Below, piece by piece: positions 18,127 through 28,306 of a stretch of DNA of 47,257 bases. Source of the stretch: Acetobacteraceae bacterium (GTDB taxonomy: Bacteria > Pseudomonadota > Alphaproteobacteria > Acetobacterales > Acetobacteraceae); the NCBI GenBank assembly GCA_030037665.1, contig JASHQG010000152.1:1-47257 (forward strand). Reading direction: 5' to 3'. The notes under the pieces were generated by a model, which was not told the DNA's origin, did not search any database, and saw only the letters and a list, made by a program, of their open reading frames with translations. Each line of letters opens with the position of its first letter. Within the stretch, counting starts at the first letter, position 1. A program made the translations under genes and the position numbers.

Positions 18127-19332
18127 TTACGCCGCCAACTGCTGGTGTGCCGGCACGTCCAGCTTGAAGAACCGCGCCGCGTTGAGCCCCAGAATCTTCG
18201 CCCGTGCCACATCGGACAGATCGGGCATCGTGCGCTCGATCGCCTCGGCCGAATGCGGCCACGTACCCTCATGGTGCGGATAGTCGTTCGCCCACATGAA
18301 GTTGTCGGTTAGCCTGAAACGCTCCGCCAATGCCAAGCCGGCCGGATCTTCCTGGAACGTCGCAAACCCGTGCGCGCGGTAATAATCGGACGGCAGCCCC
18401 TGCAGCTTCGGGCGCACCCACATGTGATGCTTGCGATACGCCTCATCCATCGCATCCAGCAGCCACGGCACCCAGCCGATTCCCGCTTCCACCGTGGCAA
18501 AGCGCAGCCGCTTGAAGCGCTCCAGCACGCCCGACGCACACAGGTTCGCCACCGGCTCAATGGTCGGCGACAGTGAGTGCGTCACGTAATTGATCACTGC
18601 TCCGCCGTTGCCGCGCGCCGCACGTGGATCGCGGCCGGTCGAGACGTGGAAGGTGATCGGCAGGTCACACGCCTCGATCAGCGCCCACATAGGGTCGAAA
18701 TGCGGCAGATTGTAATTGACGTGATCGACGTCGTGTCCGCCCCAGATTGGCTTGCACGGTAGCGTCAGCGCGCGGTAGCCGAGCTTGGCCACGCGTTTGA
18801 TCTCCGCCATCGTACCGTCCAGGTCGCCGGGTGCCAGTGCTGCCACCGGCAGCATCGCGTCGGGATACGGCCCGAAGACGTCCCATGCCCAGTCGTTCCA
18901 CACCTTGCACATTTCCAGCGAGAACGTGGGATCGGGCGTCGCCCACATTGCGAGTCCCTTGTTGGGGAAGATAATCTCCACGTCGATCCCGTCGCCGCGG
19001 TTGTCGATGACGCGCTGAGCCGGATCGGCGCCGGCCTGGGCACGGCGCCAGTCCTCGCCCTCGAAGCTCATCACCCGCACGCGGTCCGGACGGTAGCCTT
19101 CGCAGTAACGCCACTGCACCCCCTTCTCGTCCGTGACGATACGTGGGGCACGCTCGCGATATTGCGCCGGCAGGCGCTTCGCCCACAGATCGGCGGGCTC
19201 GTTGGCGTGGCTGTCGGTGGAGACCATGAAGTACTTTTTCGAATCGCCGGCATGCGCGGTATGGGTCCAGCCGCTGTGGCCAGGCGTTTCCAGGCGCCAC
19301 AGGTTAGGGGCGTTGATGGCGGCGTCATTCAT
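18127..19332 (-). CDS. Amidohydrolase-2 (ACMSD/metal-dependent hydrolase) family protein
   Basis: MNDAAINAPNLW..., VSTDSHANEP, ITFHVSTG, WANDYPHHEGTWP. SD GGAGGG before the ATG at 19332. The track ORF continues to 21171 only as an antisense shadow of glcD. Confidence 0.85.
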   Translation of the reverse strand: MNDAAINAPNLWRLETPGHSGWTHTAHAGDSKKYFMVSTDSHANEPADLWAKRLPAQYRERAPRIVTDEKGVQWRYCEGYRPDRVRVMSFEGEDWRRAQAGADPAQRVIDNRGDGIDVEIIFPNKGLAMWATPDPTFSLEMCKVWNDWAWDVFGPYPDAMLPVAALAPGDLDGTMAEIKRVAKLGYRALTLPCKPIWGGHDVDHVNYNLPHFDPMWALIEACDLPITFHVSTGRDPRAARGNGGAVINYVTHSLSPTIEPVANLCASGVLERFKRLRFATVEAGIGWVPWLLDAMDEAYRKHHMWVRPKLQGLPSDYYRAHGFATFQEDPAGLALAERFRLTDNFMWANDYPHHEGTWPHSAEAIERTMPDLSDVARAKILGLNAARFFKLDVPAHQQLAA

Positions 19333-19449
19333 GGGAATCCCTCCGGTTACCCTCTGGTAGGCGATTCTAACTGGACGGTACGATGCGTCAATCGCGGCGC
19401 GCTTGCTCGGATCCCGTGCAGCCGCCATGTTCCGAGACGGAGGTCTGCC

Positions 19450-20886
19450 ATGATCCAGCTTCCGGAACCCAAGCAGGACGTGCTGGCACGTCGCGACGCC
19501 ATCGTTGCCGGCCTGCGCTCGCTCCTGGCCAAAGACGCGGTAATCGCCGAGCCGCTGCGCATGAAACCTTACGAAACCGATGGCCTCCCCTCCTACCGCC
19601 AGCTTCCGCTCGCGGTCGTGCTGCCGCAGACGACCGAAGAAGTCTCGGCCGTCATGCGGTTCTGCCGGCGGAACGGCGTGCGCGTGGTACCACGCGGCGC
19701 GGGCACGTCGCTCTCCGGCGGCGCGCTGCCGCTGGCCGATGCGGTCGTGGTGGGTCTCATGCGGATGAACCGCATCCTCGACGTCAACTACGCAGACCGA
19801 TTCGCGGTCGTACAGGCGGGCGTCACCAATATCGGCATTACCGATGCCGTTGCCGGGCACGGCTTTTTCTACGCACCCGATCCGTCGAGCCAGCTCGCGT
19901 GCATGATCGGCGGCAACGTCAATATGAACTCGGGCGGCGCGCATTGCCTGAAATACGGTGTCACCGCCAACAACCTGCTCGGCCTCAAGATCGTCACGGT
20001 TGACGGCGACATCATTGACATCGGTGGGCCCCATCTCGACGCCGCTGGCTATGACTGGCTCGGGCTGCTGACTGGCAGCGAGGGTCAGCTCGCGCTGATC
20101 ACCGAAGTCACCGTTCGGATCCTGCGTGCGCCGGAAGGCGCACGGGCGATGCTGGCGGCGTTCCGCTCGAACGAAATCGCCGGTGCGTGCGTGGCCGACA
20201 TCATGGCCTCCGGCATCATCCCCGTCGCGCTGGAATTTATGGACAAGCCGGCGATTCACGCGTGCGAGGCATTCGCACATGCCGGCTATCCGCTCGATGC
20301 CGAGGCGATGCTGATCATCGAAGTCGAAGGCAGCGACGAAGAGCAGGACGAGCTCTTGGCGCGAATTCGCGAGATCTGCAACCGGCATGATCCGATCAGC
20401 ATGAAGGTGTCGCAGTCGGCTGCGGAATCGCTGGCGATCTGGAAGGGTCGCAAAGGCGCGTTCGGTGCGGTTGGCCGGATCAGCCCCGATTATATGTGCA
20501 TGGACGGCGTGATCCCCACGTCGAAGTTGCCGGAAGTACTGCGGCGGATCGGCGAGATGTCGGAAGCCTACGGGCTCAAGGTCGCCAACATCTTCCATGC
20601 CGGCGACGGCAATCTGCATCCGCTGATCATGTTTGATGCGAACGATCCCGACAGTTTCCATCGGGCCGAGCGGTTCGGCGCCGACGTGCTGAAGCTCTGC
20701 GTCGAAGTGGGCGGCTGCCTGACCGGCGAGCATGGCGTTGGTGTCGAGAAACGTGAGCTGATGCCGGTGCAGTTCGAGCAACACGAGCTCGATCATCAGC
20801 GGCGGATCAAAACGGCTTTCGACCCGGACTGGCTGCTCAACCCGCACAAGGTATTTCCGCTGCAGGCGACGACAAGTGCCGCCTGA
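19450..20886 (+). CDS. glcD: Glycolate oxidase subunit GlcD (FAD-linked oxidase)
   Basis: The FAD-binding PCMH domain (VVPRGAGTSLSGGALP) and the C-terminal GEHGVGVEKRELM are typical of GlcD. It is followed by glcE and glcF. Confidence 0.9.
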   Translation: MIQLPEPKQDVLARRDAIVAGLRSLLAKDAVIAEPLRMKPYETDGLPSYRQLPLAVVLPQTTEEVSAVMRFCRRNGVRVVPRGAGTSLSGGALPLADAVVVGLMRMNRILDVNYADRFAVVQAGVTNIGITDAVAGHGFFYAPDPSSQLACMIGGNVNMNSGGAHCLKYGVTANNLLGLKIVTVDGDIIDIGGPHLDAAGYDWLGLLTGSEGQLALITEVTVRILRAPEGARAMLAAFRSNEIAGACVADIMASGIIPVALEFMDKPAIHACEAFAHAGYPLDAEAMLIIEVEGSDEEQDELLARIREICNRHDPISMKVSQSAAESLAIWKGRKGAFGAVGRISPDYMCMDGVIPTSKLPEVLRRIGEMSEAYGLKVANIFHAGDGNLHPLIMFDANDPDSFHRAERFGADVLKLCVEVGGCLTGEHGVGVEKRELMPVQFEQHELDHQRRIKTAFDPDWLLNPHKVFPLQATTSAA

Positions 20887-21001
20887 CCATGCCGTTGCGC
20901 GGAGCGAAGCGGTCCTTGGGCCTGACCCGGAGAAGCGATCCCAGGCGAGGGATGGTTTCGTCGCTCCACGTGCCGCAATGACATCGGTTGGTTGACACCG
21001 C

Positions 21002-22210
21002 ATGAGCGATACAGCGGCACCGTCGCAGGAAACCGCCATCGCAGCGGCGATCGCGGATGCCGTCGCGGTCGCCGAGCCGGTGCTGGTGTGTGGCAACGCA
21101 ACCAAGGCCGCCATGCTGCGTCCGGTGCAGGCGGCGCGCAGCGTTTCCACGCGCGGCCTCACCGGGATCACGCTCTACGCGCCGAAGGAACTCGTCATCA
21201 GCGCGCGCGCTGGCACGCCGGTTGCCGAGCTGGAAGCCACGCTGGCAGAGCAAGGTCAGCGCATGATTTCAGAACCACCTGATCTTGCCGGGCTGCTGCA
21301 CGCGCCCGATCGGCCGCAGACAATTGGCGGCATTGTCGCGACCAATCTGTCGGGGCCGCGGCGGGTCGCCTGGGGAGCAACGCGCGACCATGTGCTGGGC
21401 CTGCGCGCGGTCACCGGCTGGGGCCAGGTCATTCACTCGGGCGGACGGGTGCTGAAGAACGTGACCGGGCTTGATCTCTGCAAGCTGCTGTCGGGCAGCC
21501 ATGGCACGCTCGGCATCGTCACCGAGGTGACGCTGAAAGTGCTGCCGGCACCTGAAGCGACCGGCACGCTTGTGCTGCCTGGCCTCGACCCGACCGCCGG
21601 CGTGGCGGCACTGGCGGCCGGCCTCGGTTCGCCATTCGGCGTCTCCGCCGCCGCCTGGCTGCCGCGACAAGCCGCCTCGCGTGTCGGTGAACTCGCGGCT
21701 TTTGATCGCTCCGTGGGCCTGCTGCGCATCGAGGACTTTGCCCGCTCGGTTGCGTACCGCGTCGAGAAATTGCGCGACGCTCTGGCATTGCCGCAGGCGG
21801 AAATCCTCGATGATCCGGCCTCGCGGTCGGTCTGGCGCGCGGTACGCGACGCGGTGCCTCTGATCGCCGGGCCGGATGACGCGGTGTGGCGGGTCTCGGT
21901 TCGGCCCTCGGTCGGACCGCACGTGTTGGACGCCGCCGCAAAAGCCGGTCTGGGCGGCTACCTGGACTGGGGCGGCGGTCTGGTCTGGCTTGCCGGTCCG
22001 GCTGAAGCCGCAGCCCACGACGCAGTCGAGGCTGCGGCGCGCGCCGCGCACGGTACCTGGATGATGCTGCGAGCCCCCGACGCGCTGCGCACCGCTGTGC
22101 ACGTGGTGCCACCCGAGCCGCCGCCGCTCGCCGCTATCGCGCGCCGGGTGAAGGCCGCACTCGACCCGCACGGCGTGCTCAATCCTGGCCGCATCTACGC
22201 GGGACTTTGA
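21002..22210 (+). CDS. glcE: Glycolate oxidase FAD-binding subunit GlcE
   Basis: FAD-binding type-4 pattern (GGRVLKNVTGLDLCKLLSGSHGTLGIVTEVTLKVLP), located between glcD and glcF. Confidence 0.85.
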   Translation: MSDTAAPSQETAIAAAIADAVAVAEPVLVCGNATKAAMLRPVQAARSVSTRGLTGITLYAPKELVISARAGTPVAELEATLAEQGQRMISEPPDLAGLLHAPDRPQTIGGIVATNLSGPRRVAWGATRDHVLGLRAVTGWGQVIHSGGRVLKNVTGLDLCKLLSGSHGTLGIVTEVTLKVLPAPEATGTLVLPGLDPTAGVAALAAGLGSPFGVSAAAWLPRQAASRVGELAAFDRSVGLLRIEDFARSVAYRVEKLRDALALPQAEILDDPASRSVWRAVRDAVPLIAGPDDAVWRVSVRPSVGPHVLDAAAKAGLGGYLDWGGGLVWLAGPAEAAAHDAVEAAARAAHGTWMMLRAPDALRTAVHVVPPEPPPLAAIARRVKAALDPHGVLNPGRIYAGL

Positions 22211-22216
22211 TCGCCT

Positions 22217-22489
22217 ATGGTGCAGCTACCGCTTATCGTTGTACCGTTCCTGTCACCATTCATGTTGTACTCGCTGCACCACGGCTGCGTGGATCCCGAG
22301 TGGCGGCGGCTCGATGGCAGGGCCGGACGGACGGCCATTGCGACCATCGGCTCCCCCGGCAATGCGTGCTTTTGCCGTTATCGCGCTCGTGCCGGGCGGA
22401 TGTCCTGGGGAATGGTCTGCACGTCTCTTGTCTTGTTCGCTGGCGGATACGACCAGCTGCGGCGCCTCGCGCCGTGCGAAACCGGCTGA
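22217..22489 (+). CDS. Possible 90-aa hypothetical protein filling the glcE-glcF gap
   Basis: The ORF starts 7 nt after the glcE stop and ends 3 nt before the glcF ATG. It has an N-terminal hydrophobic stretch (LPLIVVPFLSPFMLYSL). There is no clear SD, the composition is Cys/Arg-rich, and no family was recognised. Confidence 0.3.
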   Translation: MVQLPLIVVPFLSPFMLYSLHHGCVDPEWRRLDGRAGRTAIATIGSPGNACFCRYRARAGRMSWGMVCTSLVLFAGGYDQLRRLAPCETG

Positions 22490-22492
22490 TCC

Positions 22493-23794
22493 ATGCAGAC
22501 GAATTTCACCGCCGAACAATTGCGGGATCCGGACACCGCCACGTCTAACCAGGTGCTGCGCACCTGCGTGCATTGCGGCTTCTGCACCGCCACCTGCCCG
22601 ACTTTCCTGTTGCTCGGCGATGAGCTCGATAGCCCGCGCGGCCGCATCTACCTCATCAAGGACATGCTGGAGTCAGGCCGCCCGGCGGACGAAGACGTGG
22701 CGCGTCATATCGATCGTTGTTTGTCCTGCCTGTCCTGCATGACCACGTGTCCGTCCGGCGTGCATTACATGCACCTGGTCGACCACGCGCGCACCTATAT
22801 CGAGCGCACCTATCGCCGCCCCTGGCACGAGCGTCTGTTGCGCAGCATTCTGGGCGCGACGCTGCCGCGCCCGGGCCGGTTCCGCCTGGCACTGCTCGCG
22901 GCATGGTTTGCGCGGCCGTTCGGACGGCTGGTGCCCGGACGCAGCATGTTGGCGCAACGCGTTCGCGCCATGCTGCGCCTGGCACCGCCGGACTTCCGGG
23001 CCCCCGGCATCGCCGAGCGGATGCGTGTCCATCCAGCGGATGGGCCGCGTCGCGCGCGTGTCGCGCTACTCGCCGGCTGCGCGCAGCAGGTGCTGGCGCC
23101 GGAGATCGACACCGCCACAATCCGGCTGTTGAACCGGCTCGGCGTGGAAGTTGTGGTGCCTTCCGGGAGCGGCTGCTGCGGTGCACTGAACCATCATATG
23201 GGCCAGCATGCCGCCGCTATGGGCCTCGCACGGTCAAACATCGAGGCCTGGGAAAAGGAGGCGCTCGACGCGGTCGTGATCAACACATCGGGCTGCGGAA
23301 CCGTGGTAAAGGACTACGGCTTCATGTTCCGTTCCGAGCCTGAACCGTGGCGGGATCGCGCGCGGAAAATATCGACGCTGGCCTGCGACATCAGCGAGTT
23401 TCTAACCCGCATCGGCTATGCGCCTATACGTGAAGCACCTGGTCTCACCGTTGCCTATCACGCGGCGTGCAGCTTGCAGCATGGCCAAAGCATCCGCGAG
23501 GAACCCAAAGTACTGCTGCGGCAGGCCGGCTTCACCGTGGTGGAGCCTGTCGAGCCGCATATCTGCTGCGGCTCGGCGGGTACCTACAACCTGTTGCAGC
23601 CGGCGATTGCGGAAAATCTCCGCACGCGCAAGCTCCACAATCTGAGCGCTACGCAGCCCAACCTGATCGCCGCCGGAAATATCGGCTGCATCACACAGCT
23701 TTCCGGCGGAGGACTGCCTGTGCTGCACACGATCGAACTCTTGGATTGGATGGCCGGCGGGCCGCGACCGGCCGCGCTCGCCACACACGGATAA
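22493..23794 (+). CDS. glcF: Glycolate oxidase iron-sulfur subunit GlcF
   Basis: Two 4Fe-4S motifs (CVHCGFCTATCP, CLSCLSCMTTCP) and two CCG domains (SGCCG..., HICCGSAGTY). Confidence 0.9.
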   Translation: MQTNFTAEQLRDPDTATSNQVLRTCVHCGFCTATCPTFLLLGDELDSPRGRIYLIKDMLESGRPADEDVARHIDRCLSCLSCMTTCPSGVHYMHLVDHARTYIERTYRRPWHERLLRSILGATLPRPGRFRLALLAAWFARPFGRLVPGRSMLAQRVRAMLRLAPPDFRAPGIAERMRVHPADGPRRARVALLAGCAQQVLAPEIDTATIRLLNRLGVEVVVPSGSGCCGALNHHMGQHAAAMGLARSNIEAWEKEALDAVVINTSGCGTVVKDYGFMFRSEPEPWRDRARKISTLACDISEFLTRIGYAPIREAPGLTVAYHAACSLQHGQSIREEPKVLLRQAGFTVVEPVEPHICCGSAGTYNLLQPAIAENLRTRKLHNLSATQPNLIAAGNIGCITQLSGGGLPVLHTIELLDWMAGGPRPAALATHG

Positions 23795-23832
23795 TGCTTG
23801 CGCGCCGCACTGGCATGGCGCGACGATGCGGC

Positions 23833-24381
23833 ATGCGACGCCTCGCCCTGATCCTCACCCTTTGCGCGCTGCCTGCGCTTGCGCAGCCCGCCGCCGGGCA
23901 TCGTGCTGCCGTCGACAAGTTGCTCGATGCCCTTAAGACCGCACCAAATTCTGCAGCCGCAGGCATACTGGCGCTGCAGATCCAGCAGCTCTGGTTGAAT
24001 GAAAGCACGCCGGCAGTGACGCTGTTGATGACCCGTGGTCTGCGAGAGCTGAGAGCGAATTCCAACAGCGACGCAATCGAGAGTTTTGGTGACGCGATCA
24101 CGCTGGATCCAACGCTGGCCGAAGGGTACCTGCAACGTGCCATCGCACGTTATCAGGCAGGCGATATTGACGGAGCGATCTCTGACATCGAAGCGACGTT
24201 GAAGCAGGACCCTCGGCACTTCACCGCGTTTGCGACCCTGTCACAGATCGCGGAAGGACGAAAGGACTGGAAGGGCGCTTACGCGGCGTGGCGGCAGTTC
24301 ATGCAGTTCGATCCAAAAGCAGAAGGCGGCGCGGAACGGCTGAAAGAACTGAAACGGAAGGCGTTCGGCGAGGAGACGTGA
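23833..24381 (+). CDS. Secreted TPR-repeat protein
   Basis: Signal peptide MRRLALILTLCALPALAQP, then TPR-like repeats (AIESFGDAITLDPTLAEGYLQRAIARYQAGDIDGAISDIEATLKQDP...). Upstream alternative starts exist at 23794-23832. Confidence 0.7.
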   Translation: MRRLALILTLCALPALAQPAAGHRAAVDKLLDALKTAPNSAAAGILALQIQQLWLNESTPAVTLLMTRGLRELRANSNSDAIESFGDAITLDPTLAEGYLQRAIARYQAGDIDGAISDIEATLKQDPRHFTAFATLSQIAEGRKDWKGAYAAWRQFMQFDPKAEGGAERLKELKRKAFGEET

Positions 24382-24681
24382 TTTCATAAATCCGATCGAG
24401 CCTTCCCCCGCGGGAGGTGATGAGCGCAACGATGTGAGTTGCGCAGGACATTCTGGTTCCACCGTGTCCGCTACTACGTCCCGTGAGAGGCGGGCCGCGC
24501 TTGGATCGCCCGCACACAATGCCGCGTCGAGTACGGCGACTCACCGTGCCGCCGCCGCACGTCGTTTCGGTGGCGAGGTTCACCACATCGCGCGATGGCG
24601 CGCCGCTCGGCAGCTGCTTGGCGCACGCGCCGCCAAAAGAGGAAAGACCCGGTGGAACGAAGCGCTGCCATCTCAACGCCG

Positions 24682-25683
24682 TCACGACCACAACACCTGA
24701 TCAATGCGCTCCGCGCCCGACGCGATCATCGCCAGCCGATCGAAACCGAGCGCGATCCCGGCACAAGCCGGCATGCCGTGAGTCAGCGCGGCAAGGAAAT
24801 CCTCATCGATTGGCCAATCTTCGCCGCTGATCGCGTGGCGACGTGCCCGGTCCGCCGCGAACCGCGCGCGCTGCTCGGCGGGATCGGTCAGTTCGACGAA
24901 GGCATTGGCAAGTTCGATGCCGCATACAAACAATTCGAACCGCTCGGCAACACGCGGATCCGATGGATCGCGCCTGGCAAGTGCCGCCTGCTCCGCCGGC
25001 CAATGCGTGAGGAAGGTCGGATGGGCGCGGCCAAGCTTTGGCTCGACCCGCTCCAGCAGCAGCCGAAAGAACAGATCCTCCCAGGTCTCGCCCTCGCGCA
25101 GACGCGTGCCAGCCGCAGCCGCGAGCGCGGCGGCATCGCCCGCGGTCGCAAGGACATCGGCGCCGACGTGACGGGCAAAGGCATCGGCCACGCTCAGACG
25201 TTCGATTGAGACTAGGTCCGTGGTGACGCCACGGCAGGTCACGACGGGCGGTAGTACCGCGCACAGGAATTCCGCCGTCTCGTCGATCAGCGCGGACATA
25301 TCCGCGCCCGGGCGATACCATTCCAGCATAGTGAACTCGGGTGCATGCAGGTCACTCGATTCCCCATTCCGCCACACCCGTGCGAGTTGGAAGATCGGCC
25401 CCGCGCCGCCGGCAAGCAGCTTTTTCATCGCGAATTCCGGACTGGTGTGCAGCCACAAGGTTGCGGTCCGCCCGTCGGGGAATTCGTGTTCGGTGCGGAA
25501 GGCGCGCAGGTGCACCTCCTCACCCGGTGTGGCCACGGCATACCGCGTCTCGGCTTCCGCGTAACCGCGCGCGGTGAAAAACGCCCGCGTGCCAGCGGTC
25601 AGCAGGCCGCGGCGCCGGAGAAACGGCCTGCGCGCGGCGAGGCGTTCGGGATGCCATGACGGACGGTCCTGGATGCCTGACAT
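24682..25683 (-). CDS. epmA: EF-P lysine aminoacylase (PoxA/GenX, truncated class II LysRS paralogue)
   Basis: Class II aaRS motifs: FFTARGYAEAETRY, LHTSPEFAMKKLL, IFQLARVWRNGE, PEFTMLEWY, GIALGFDRL. Start chosen at MSGIQDRPSW by analogy with the N-termini of this family; ATG 25701 is an alternative. Confidence 0.8.
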   Translation of the reverse strand: MSGIQDRPSWHPERLAARRPFLRRRGLLTAGTRAFFTARGYAEAETRYAVATPGEEVHLRAFRTEHEFPDGRTATLWLHTSPEFAMKKLLAGGAGPIFQLARVWRNGESSDLHAPEFTMLEWYRPGADMSALIDETAEFLCAVLPPVVTCRGVTTDLVSIERLSVADAFARHVGADVLATAGDAAALAAAAGTRLREGETWEDLFFRLLLERVEPKLGRAHPTFLTHWPAEQAALARRDPSDPRVAERFELFVCGIELANAFVELTDPAEQRARFAADRARRHAISGEDWPIDEDFLAALTHGMPACAGIALGFDRLAMIASGAERIDQVLWS

Positions 25684-25865
25684 GGTGCCTGCATCCGCCA
25701 TCGCGGCATGCTGACGCAAGGGGCAGGCCGCGGCCCTCGCCCAAGACGGCGGAGAGTTCGCCGCGGAGGGGTGCGGGCGTCCGGGTTCTGCATGCCGCAT
25801 CATCGCCAGCCGCGATGCAGCGGGTTGATCCGCTTCGCGGCTCAACCCCGGTCAGCGGAAACGCC

Positions 25866-26603
25866 TTAGCGCGCCTTGAACCGCGGCTTGCGGCGTTCTT
25901 TGTGCGCGCGGATACCTTCCTGCATGTCCTCGCTGGCGCGCACGCGGCCCAGCGTCTGGCTGACCGCCACCATGCGTTCCACCGGGCCGACCGGCAGAAC
26001 GTCTGCAACCAGCCGCTTCAATGCACCGATGACCAGCGGTGCGGAATCCAGCATGGCCTCCGCCATCTTGAGCGCCTCCGGTTCGTGCTGACCGTTCGGC
26101 ACCACGCGGTTGACGAAGCCGATTTCATACGCCCGCTGCGCAGGAATCTGAGAACAGAGCAGCATCATTTCCATCGCCATCTTGTGCGGCATGCGCGTGA
26201 CGAGCGAGCTGATCATCCCGCCGGTGACGCCGAGCTTCGCCTCTGGGTAATAGAAGACGCTGCTTTCGGTGGAGACCATCAGGTCGCACATCATCACCAA
26301 GACGATACCGCCACCAACCACCCAACCGGTCGTTGCGGCAATGATGGGCTTGTCGGTCTGAAATCCTACGCTCGGGACGCAGCGCCACAGCTCCGGCAGA
26401 TCGGTGACGTCGGCGCCAGCGGTAAAGGCGCGATCACCCGCCGACGAGAGAACGGCGACACGCTGCCCGGCATCGGCATTGAACGCCTGGAATGCCCGCT
26501 GCAATTCGACCGCCACGGAAGATGAGATCGCGTTCATCTTCTCCGGGCGGTTGATGCGGATGATCGACACGGCACCCCGTTGTTCGGTCATGACCACGCT
26601 CAT
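25866..26603 (-). CDS. Enoyl-CoA hydratase/isomerase (crotonase) family protein
   Basis: MNAISSSV..., FTAGADV and IAATTGWVVGGG are typical crotonase oxyanion-hole motifs. Confidence 0.85.
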   Translation of the reverse strand: MSVVMTEQRGAVSIIRINRPEKMNAISSSVAVELQRAFQAFNADAGQRVAVLSSAGDRAFTAGADVTDLPELWRCVPSVGFQTDKPIIAATTGWVVGGGIVLVMMCDLMVSTESSVFYYPEAKLGVTGGMISSLVTRMPHKMAMEMMLLCSQIPAQRAYEIGFVNRVVPNGQHEPEALKMAEAMLDSAPLVIGALKRLVADVLPVGPVERMVAVSQTLGRVRASEDMQEGIRAHKERRKPRFKAR

Positions 26604-26803
26604 GCGCGCTTCCCTCTCTCCTGTCGTCGCGAGGCCCTGAGATCCAAGGCAACGCCCGTCATGACATGACCCGGCTTATGCCGGTCGTGCACGCCTCTGG
26701 TGCTCGCGCGAAGCGACGGCCTCGATGATCGCGGCAAGCGCGCCGTTGGGCGTGGAGCAGGAATGCATCCACGCGATACACTGCAATGGCCTAGCGGGGC
26801 GCG

Positions 26804-27481
26804 TCAGCGCGGCACGAATGACGACAGCTCGTGCTGCATCAGGTCGCTGATCCGTTCGATGGTGATGTCCGCCGGCGGATAGGATGCCAGCACGTCAGGA
26901 TCAACCGCGTAGTGTCCCTGCCGCGGGAAGACCGTCGTAACCCGGTCTCCCCAGACCCGCTTGACGGCATCGAGGATGCGCAGCTTGTCGTCGATCAGCA
27001 CGTAATGCCGGGCGGGGAACAATCGCTCGACGTCGGCCAACTCGACCTCCTTGTGGACGTATATCAGCACGCGGTCCTCAAAGGTTTGCCACAGGCCGGA
27101 GCAATGGACTTTGCGCGGCTGGAACACGGCGTCGCCGTCCGACAAGATGACCGTCGGTGCCCATTTCCGAATGTGCCACACGGCTTCCATCGCACCTGGA
27201 TAAAGCCGATCGACGAACGGGTAGTCGATCAGCCAGTTCGCGATCCGTAGCACCTTCGGGTCGTGCAACTCCTCAAGCCTGTAACGTTCGAGCGCACCTA
27301 GATAGTCGGCATAGCCGAGTTCATTGCGCAGGTCTTCGAAGATCGCCCAATAGTGGTCGCGCGCTTGATTGCCGTAAGCTTCCAGCAGATGGTCGCTCAG
27401 ATCGCTCTGGATGCGGTCGTTGTCGAGCAGTGTGTTGTCGACATCGAACAGGAAAATGATGTCATGAACCGGGGATGTCAC
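26804..27481 (-). CDS. HAD-superfamily hydrolase-like protein
   Basis: Motif I FLFDVDNTLLDN, plus ILSDGD and a late IDDK motif. Start placed at GTG 27481, preceded by GGAGG. The track ORF extends to 27589. Confidence 0.6.
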   Translation of the reverse strand: MTSPVHDIIFLFDVDNTLLDNDRIQSDLSDHLLEAYGNQARDHYWAIFEDLRNELGYADYLGALERYRLEELHDPKVLRIANWLIDYPFVDRLYPGAMEAVWHIRKWAPTVILSDGDAVFQPRKVHCSGLWQTFEDRVLIYVHKEVELADVERLFPARHYVLIDDKLRILDAVKRVWGDRVTTVFPRQGHYAVDPDVLASYPPADITIERISDLMQHELSSFVPR

Positions 27482-27650
27482 GCTGCCTCCGCTTGCCTGC
27501 CACCAGCCGGCCAAGCCTAGCTGCAACAGGGTCGGGGCGGCATGACTGCCGGGCAAAAGCCCATCACAATTTCGTGTTGTCGCGGCCATGCGGTCCGTCC
27601 GTTCGCTGTCCGCCGCGCCAGTTCCATATTAGTCGAGAGCCTTCACTCGA

Positions 27651-28109
27651 TCAGCCGAGCCTTTTCACCATCTGCACGATTCCGCTGACGTAGGTGTCAT
27701 CCCAGTCTTCCTCAGCGTAGCTTGCCTTGCTGTAAAACCGGGCCGCCTCCGGCGTCGCGTACACGACGGTCTCGTGACAACCGAGGTCGCGGGCCAATTG
27801 CTCGGCGAGACTCAGCAGCGCCGAGCCATGGCCCTTCCGCTGCCACTCCGAGTGGATCGCCACCAGCCGCAGCGCCGCGCGGCCGGGTGCGAGAACATCG
27901 ACCCGTATGGAGCCGATGGGGTGCTCGTCCAGCCAGAGCAGGCGCGGATGATGGCCCGGCGCAAGCTCATCTCGTAGCTCGACCGCGTATTTCTGTGCCT
28001 CCAGCAGAACGTCGCGACGAATTCGATGATACAGTTCCCAGTGGTCGGGCGATTCCGGGAGGCTCAGTCGGTATCTGCCGGCGGCGAACACTAGAGTCAT
28101 TGCGCTCAT
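27651..28109 (-). CDS. GNAT-family N-acetyltransferase
   Basis: Acetyl-CoA motif LVAIHSEWQRKGHGSALLSLAEQLARDLG. Start at ATG 28109 or 28100. Confidence 0.75.
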   Translation of the reverse strand: MSAMTLVFAAGRYRLSLPESPDHWELYHRIRRDVLLEAQKYAVELRDELAPGHHPRLLWLDEHPIGSIRVDVLAPGRAALRLVAIHSEWQRKGHGSALLSLAEQLARDLGCHETVVYATPEAARFYSKASYAEEDWDDTYVSGIVQMVKRLG

Positions 28110-28306
28110 CTCGTGGTGCCCTTTCCCGCCTCCCTCACCGGCAGATTGCGTGCTGCTCGCCGCCACCTCAAGCCCGACGCGGACCGGGCCGTCCGCAGAA
28201 TGACGCACTGCCGCGCGGGACGCCACGCTGAAACGAACGCAGCGGGAATATAGAGTGACCGGCGCCAGCTACCGATTTGTCCGCCGGGCACTCGGGGCCG
28301 GGCGGG

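Noticed and set aside
19333-21171. Upstream two-thirds of the 1014-aa minus-strand ORF (18127-21171)
   Set aside because: This part is antisense to glcD and glcE. Its translation is Arg/Ala/His-rich with no domain pattern. The real amidohydrolase starts at ATG 19332, which has a GGAGGG SD. This is a typical GC-rich shadow ORF.
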